Source: Muribaculaceae bacterium (GTDB taxonomy: Bacteria > Bacteroidota > Bacteroidia > Bacteroidales > Muribaculaceae). From it: DNA of 63,417 bases. The translations under genes and the position numbers were made by a program. The notes beneath the pieces were generated by a model that was given only the letters and a program-made list of their open reading frames with translations, searched no databases and was not told the DNA's origin. Shown in pieces: positions 60,109-63,417 of the stretch (positions are counted from its first letter, which is position 1; each line of letters begins with the position of its first letter). The DNA is taken from the NCBI GenBank assembly GCA_017424575.1, contig JAFOYQ010000134.1, positions 1 to 63,417 of the forward strand, read 5' to 3'.

Positions 60109-60774
60109 ATGAGAAAATCACTTTTTAAAAACAAATGGTTTAAGCGAACTTTTATGACACTTTTGATAGGCATAGGATTGCTAATCGCAGTTGTAGTTGC
60201 ATGTAACATTTGGGTATTAAGTTCATGTAGCGGTCGATTGTATAATGATGTAGAAATGGTGCCTCACAAGCGTGTAGCGGTGATGTTGGGTACTAATCCC
60301 AAAACAAAAACTGGGAAAATGAACTACTTCTACAAGCATCGTATTGATGCGGCGGTGAAATTATACCAAAATGGCAAAATTGATCGCATACTCATTAGTG
60401 GTGACAATTCGCGTAAAACTTATAGTGAGCCCGATGCAATGAAGACCGACTTGATGGCTGCTGGGATTCCCGATAGTGCAATATATCTTGACTTTGCGGG
60501 ATTCTCAACCTATGACTCTATGGTGAGAGCTAAGAAAGTTTTTGGATTATCGGAATTTATGGTTATTTCGCAAGATTTTCATAATCGACGTGCAGTGTAC
60601 ATTGCACGACAAAACGGCATTGACGCAATAGGTTTTAATGTGCGTAACACCATATTCCGCAAATGGCGCATAAAGATGGAACTTCGTGAAATAATGGCTC
60701 GAGTGAAAGCAGTGGGAGAGGTTGTTATGAATAAGAAACCTCATTTTCTCGGCGAACCTATTGAAATAAAATAG
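60109..60774 (+). CDS. sanA: SanA/YdcF (DUF218) family envelope protein
   Basis: 221 aa with an N-terminal TM segment, RILISGDNSRKTYSEPDAM and ISQDFHNRRAVYIA. Confidence 0.8.
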   Translation: MRKSLFKNKWFKRTFMTLLIGIGLLIAVVVACNIWVLSSCSGRLYNDVEMVPHKRVAVMLGTNPKTKTGKMNYFYKHRIDAAVKLYQNGKIDRILISGDNSRKTYSEPDAMKTDLMAAGIPDSAIYLDFAGFSTYDSMVRAKKVFGLSEFMVISQDFHNRRAVYIARQNGIDAIGFNVRNTIFRKWRIKMELREIMARVKAVGEVVMNKKPHFLGEPIEIK

Positions 60775-60808
60775 GATATCAGTCATTGCATTAATCTTAG
60801 TTTAGTAT

Positions 60809-61522
60809 ATGGTAAAAAGAATTTTCATTAGCACAATTATCGCATTGTTTGCAGCATTTGTCGCCAATGCACAAAGCGGTTCAATGGAAAATTGGGTAGA
60901 TGTCGAAACTATCGATGGATTGAAAATTATTAAACCAAACTTCTCTTCTGTCGATATGGCATTTGGAAACGATTCGCCCAAGAATGATAAATCGGTAATC
61001 GCTTGTTTTGGAGCAGCTTTTACTGGCGAATATTTAGAAGAGTTTCGACATTCAAATATTGCAAGCGACCATGCCGGTGGTGGGAAGAAATATAAAGGAT
61101 ATCCATGTAAACGCAACACTGGAGCTTTTATTTACGACGGCAAAACGTGGAGATTTTTATATAAAAACAAAAAATACTCATCGTTACTTGCATCGGCTGC
61201 CAATAAAGGCGGGTGTGGATTTGCTCAAGAGATGATGATTTATAATGGAGCAAAAGTGAAAACGACTCGCCCCAAAGATAATCAAAACATATTTCGAGCA
61301 CTTTGTGAAAGAAATGGAGAATTAGTTGTGATTGAGTCACTTGCATCGGTAAAATTTGGTGATTTTATTAATAGCCTTTTGTCAAAAGGTGTAACGCATG
61401 CACTATATTTAGACATGGGGACATGGCGCTATGGATGGTACCGCCCCGATAATGAATCTTTTGTAGAGTTGCACACCCAGATACATAATTATCACTCTAA
61501 TTGGTTAATCTTTAAGAAATAA
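60809..61522 (+). CDS. Secreted phosphodiester glycosidase-like (DUF2233/NAGPA-like) protein
   Basis: Signal peptide, then IFRALCERNGELVVIESLASVKFGDFINSLLSKGVTHALYLDMG. This resembles the R.a.G...g.l.lv......t..e.a..l...G...AlnLDGG pattern of DUF2233. Confidence 0.5.
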   Translation: MVKRIFISTIIALFAAFVANAQSGSMENWVDVETIDGLKIIKPNFSSVDMAFGNDSPKNDKSVIACFGAAFTGEYLEEFRHSNIASDHAGGGKKYKGYPCKRNTGAFIYDGKTWRFLYKNKKYSSLLASAANKGGCGFAQEMMIYNGAKVKTTRPKDNQNIFRALCERNGELVVIESLASVKFGDFINSLLSKGVTHALYLDMGTWRYGWYRPDNESFVELHTQIHNYHSNWLIFKK

Positions 61523-61587
61523 TGAATCAAGAACCACAACTCAACTCGCATAACAAAGCCGAGTATCCACCCATGCACACTGCCGAA
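61522..61587 (+). repeat. Direct repeat copy 1 (66 bp)
   Basis: 59/66 nt are identical to 62565-62630 by hand alignment, and the last 27 nt (GAGTATCCACCCATGCACACTGCCGAA) are identical. Confidence 0.9.
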
Positions 61588-62565
61588 TTAGAAACGTCGC
61601 CGATAGTAATTTACACAACCGAAGATAATCAAGTATCGCTTGATGTAAGGTTGGATGGCGATACGATGTGGCTAAATCGACATCAATTGTCAATATTGTT
61701 TGATAGAGATATTAAAACAATTGGTAAGCATATAAATAATGCGTTAAAGGAAGAATTGGATGGTTTGCCAGTTATCGCAAATTTTGCGACAACTGCTACC
61801 GACGGCAAAACGTATATGGTAGATCATTACAATTTGGAGATGATTGCTTCGGTTGGATATCGTGTCAAAAGTAAGAGAGGTGTGCAGTTCCGTCGCTGGG
61901 CAAATCGCATATTGAAGGATTATATTATAAAAGGTTATACCATAAATGAGAAGATAAAATTAGAGCATTACGCCGAGTTAAAGAGTGTTGTGCGACTACT
62001 TTCTACAACCGTGAAAGCCCAAGAGAAATTAACCACAGATGAATCCGATGGATTGTTCTCCGTTATTGCTGATTATGTTTATGCTCTTGATACTCTTGAT
62101 AAATATGACTTTCAACAATTAATAGTTGATAATACCATTAAGGAAGAACGTTTCCATGCCACTTATGAAAATGCAATGGACGCAATAAATCGTCTTAAAC
62201 CCAAGTTTGGAGGGAGTGCATTATTTGCAAATGAGAAAGATGACTCATTCCGAAGTTCAATAGGTCAAATTTATCAAACATGGGATGGCGAGGAGTTATA
62301 TCCAAGTATTGAAGAAAAAGCGGCAATGTTGTTGTATTTGGTCGTAAAGAATCACTCTTTCAGTGATGGAAATAAACGTATTGCTGCAATGTTGTTCCTT
62401 TGGTTTATGGAACGCAATGGAATCCTATATCGCGAAGATGGAGAAAAGCGTATTGCCGACAATACCCTCGTTGCATTAACATTGATGATTGCCGAAAGTC
62501 GTACTGAAGAAAAGGATATAATGGTAAAAGTTGTAGTTAATTTGATTAATCAAAACAATAAATAA
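61522..62565 (+). CDS. RhuM-family N-terminal domain fused to a Fic/Doc (death-on-curing type) domain
   Basis: IVIYTTEDNQVSLDVRLDGDTMWLNRHQLSILF...SVGYRVKSKRGVQFRRWANRILKDYIIKGYTINE is the RhuM part. The C-terminal HSFSDGNKRIAAM matches the Doc variant HxFx(D/N)(A/G)NKR of the Fic motif. The first 22 codons duplicate the start of the next gene. The start and the stop are both TAATG overlaps with the neighbouring genes. Confidence 0.8.
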   Translation: MNQEPQLNSHNKAEYPPMHTAELETSPIVIYTTEDNQVSLDVRLDGDTMWLNRHQLSILFDRDIKTIGKHINNALKEELDGLPVIANFATTATDGKTYMVDHYNLEMIASVGYRVKSKRGVQFRRWANRILKDYIIKGYTINEKIKLEHYAELKSVVRLLSTTVKAQEKLTTDESDGLFSVIADYVYALDTLDKYDFQQLIVDNTIKEERFHATYENAMDAINRLKPKFGGSALFANEKDDSFRSSIGQIYQTWDGEELYPSIEEKAAMLLYLVVKNHSFSDGNKRIAAMLFLWFMERNGILYREDGEKRIADNTLVALTLMIAESRTEEKDIMVKVVVNLINQNNK

Positions 62566-62630
62566 TGGAACAAGAAATTCAACTCAATTCGCATAACAAA
62601 GTCGAGTATCCACCCATGCACACTGCCGAA
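62565..62630 (+). repeat. Direct repeat copy 2 (66 bp), the authentic 5' end of the AlaX-like gene
   Basis: See copy 1. Here the reading frame continues into the intact HTAEHLL zinc-binding motif. Confidence 0.9.
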
Positions 62631-63029
62631 CATCTATTGAACGGCACTATGGTGAAAATGATTGGGTGTAAGCGTTCGCGCAATGCCCATATCGAGCGCA
62701 AAAAGTCAAAATGTGATTATCCTCTCGCACAACCTCTCACTCCCGAGCAATTGCAAGAGATAGAAGATGCTATAAATGGAGTGATTGCACAAGACCTCCC
62801 AGTTACATATGAATTTATCCCTGCAAGCGAAGCAGCAAAGGTATACGACCTTGAACGGTTGCCCGAAGATGCGTCTGAAATGTTGCGCATAGTGCATATT
62901 GGCGACTACGATGCATGTCCATGTGTTGGCGCGCATGTTGAGCGCACCTCGCAAATAGGACGCTTCCGCATTTCAAGTTCGCGCTATCAAGACGGCATGC
63001 AGCGCATTGTATTCCGTCTTGACCAGTAA
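62565..63029 (+). CDS. AlaX-S-like free-standing aminoacyl-tRNA trans-editing domain (tRNA_SAD family)
   Basis: 154 aa with the HxxxH motif (HTAEH) near the N-terminus and the CxxxH motif (CVGAH), as in Ala/Thr-tRNA synthetase editing domains. Confidence 0.7.
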   Translation: MEQEIQLNSHNKVEYPPMHTAEHLLNGTMVKMIGCKRSRNAHIERKKSKCDYPLAQPLTPEQLQEIEDAINGVIAQDLPVTYEFIPASEAAKVYDLERLPEDASEMLRIVHIGDYDACPCVGAHVERTSQIGRFRISSSRYQDGMQRIVFRLDQ

Positions 63030-63050
63030 CCAAAAGTAGATAATAAAGCA

Positions 63051-63087
63051 AAAGCACGATGTCATACACACATCGTGCTTTGTTTTA
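63051..63087 (+). terminator. Intrinsic terminator after the AlaX-like gene
   Basis: 11-bp stem AAAGCACGATG / CATCGTGCTTT with a 9-nt loop, followed by GTTTTAT. Confidence 0.75.
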
Positions 63088-63320
63088 TATTTATATGCTA
63101 TCTATGGCTTTGAACCATCTTAATAATTTATTGCTATATATAATAATGTGTAAAACGTCTTGTTTAATCTCGTTGATTCTGTAGTTTTGTTAAAAATATG
63201 TTTTACAACATAAAAATTTTTAGTAGTTAAAATATTGGTGTATAGTTTATTGAGGCGAAAATGGGTAAAAATGGGCAAAAAATAGTTATAAAAATATTTG
63301 GTTGATATTAATAAAAGCCG

Positions 63321-63328
63321 TAACTTTG
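63321..63328 (+). promoter_or_regulatory. -7 promoter box (TAACTTTG) driving an unidentified transcript that runs off the window
   Basis: Exact TAnnTTTG. The downstream 80 nt are GC-richer than their surroundings and contain short hairpins. No ORF starts here within the window. Confidence 0.35.
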
Positions 63329-63417
63329 CACTCGCTTTTGAGAACGGACCACGGCGGTGGTAGAGCGAAGGACAGCGACAGGTTAAAACCTGTTAATTTT
63401 TTGACGAGATTTTGTTG

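Noticed and set aside
63340-63380. GAGCGAAGGACAGCGACAGG as a possible SRP (4.5S) RNA domain IV motif.
   Set aside because: It only loosely resembles GGAAGGAAGCAGCC. The symmetric partner strand and the closing helix are missing.

Overview
This 63.4-kb window is a chromosomal segment from a Bacteroidota genome, probably Bacteroidales/Prevotella-like. Supporting signs are TAnnTTTG -7 promoter boxes upstream of many genes, a cargo protein with a type IX secretion C-terminal sorting domain, a gldD/gldE-like pair and the sigma54-activator/LptE/SecG block. Most of the window is housekeeping: a tRNA 3' end, mutS, pckA, metK, serS, panB, cobB and a complete dcw cluster (rsmH-ftsL-ftsI-murE-mraY-murD-ftsW-murG-murC-ftsQ-ftsA-ftsZ, 38.6-53.7 kb). 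A visibly more AT-rich envelope-glycan block lies at 26.9-34.0 kb, with an O-acyltransferase, an LpxL-like acyltransferase, a GT2 and three Stealth-family paralogs. A second envelope-related run lies at 56.2-61.5 kb (GH3, GT2, alkaline phosphatase, SanA, DUF2233-like). I found no CRISPR array, cas genes, integrase, transposase or canonical defence operon. The non-standard content is as follows. (1) A modular, co-oriented intergenic repeat family occurs at three loci (13.26-13.83, 16.46-16.71 and 20.93-21.35 kb), two of which bracket a 4-kb T9SS surface-protein gene. (2) A RhuM/Doc (Fic-fold) gene is inserted in-frame in front of an AlaX-S-like tRNA-editing gene, with a 66-bp duplication of that gene's 5' end. 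(3) A membrane-anchored pseudokinase is translationally coupled to a 376-aa GNAT. (4) A 3 x 32-bp tandem repeat sits in a divergent promoter region. (5) The metK leader carries a SAM-II-like motif and an attenuator terminator. All functional calls come from reading the translated ORFs and the DNA by eye; no database search was run.
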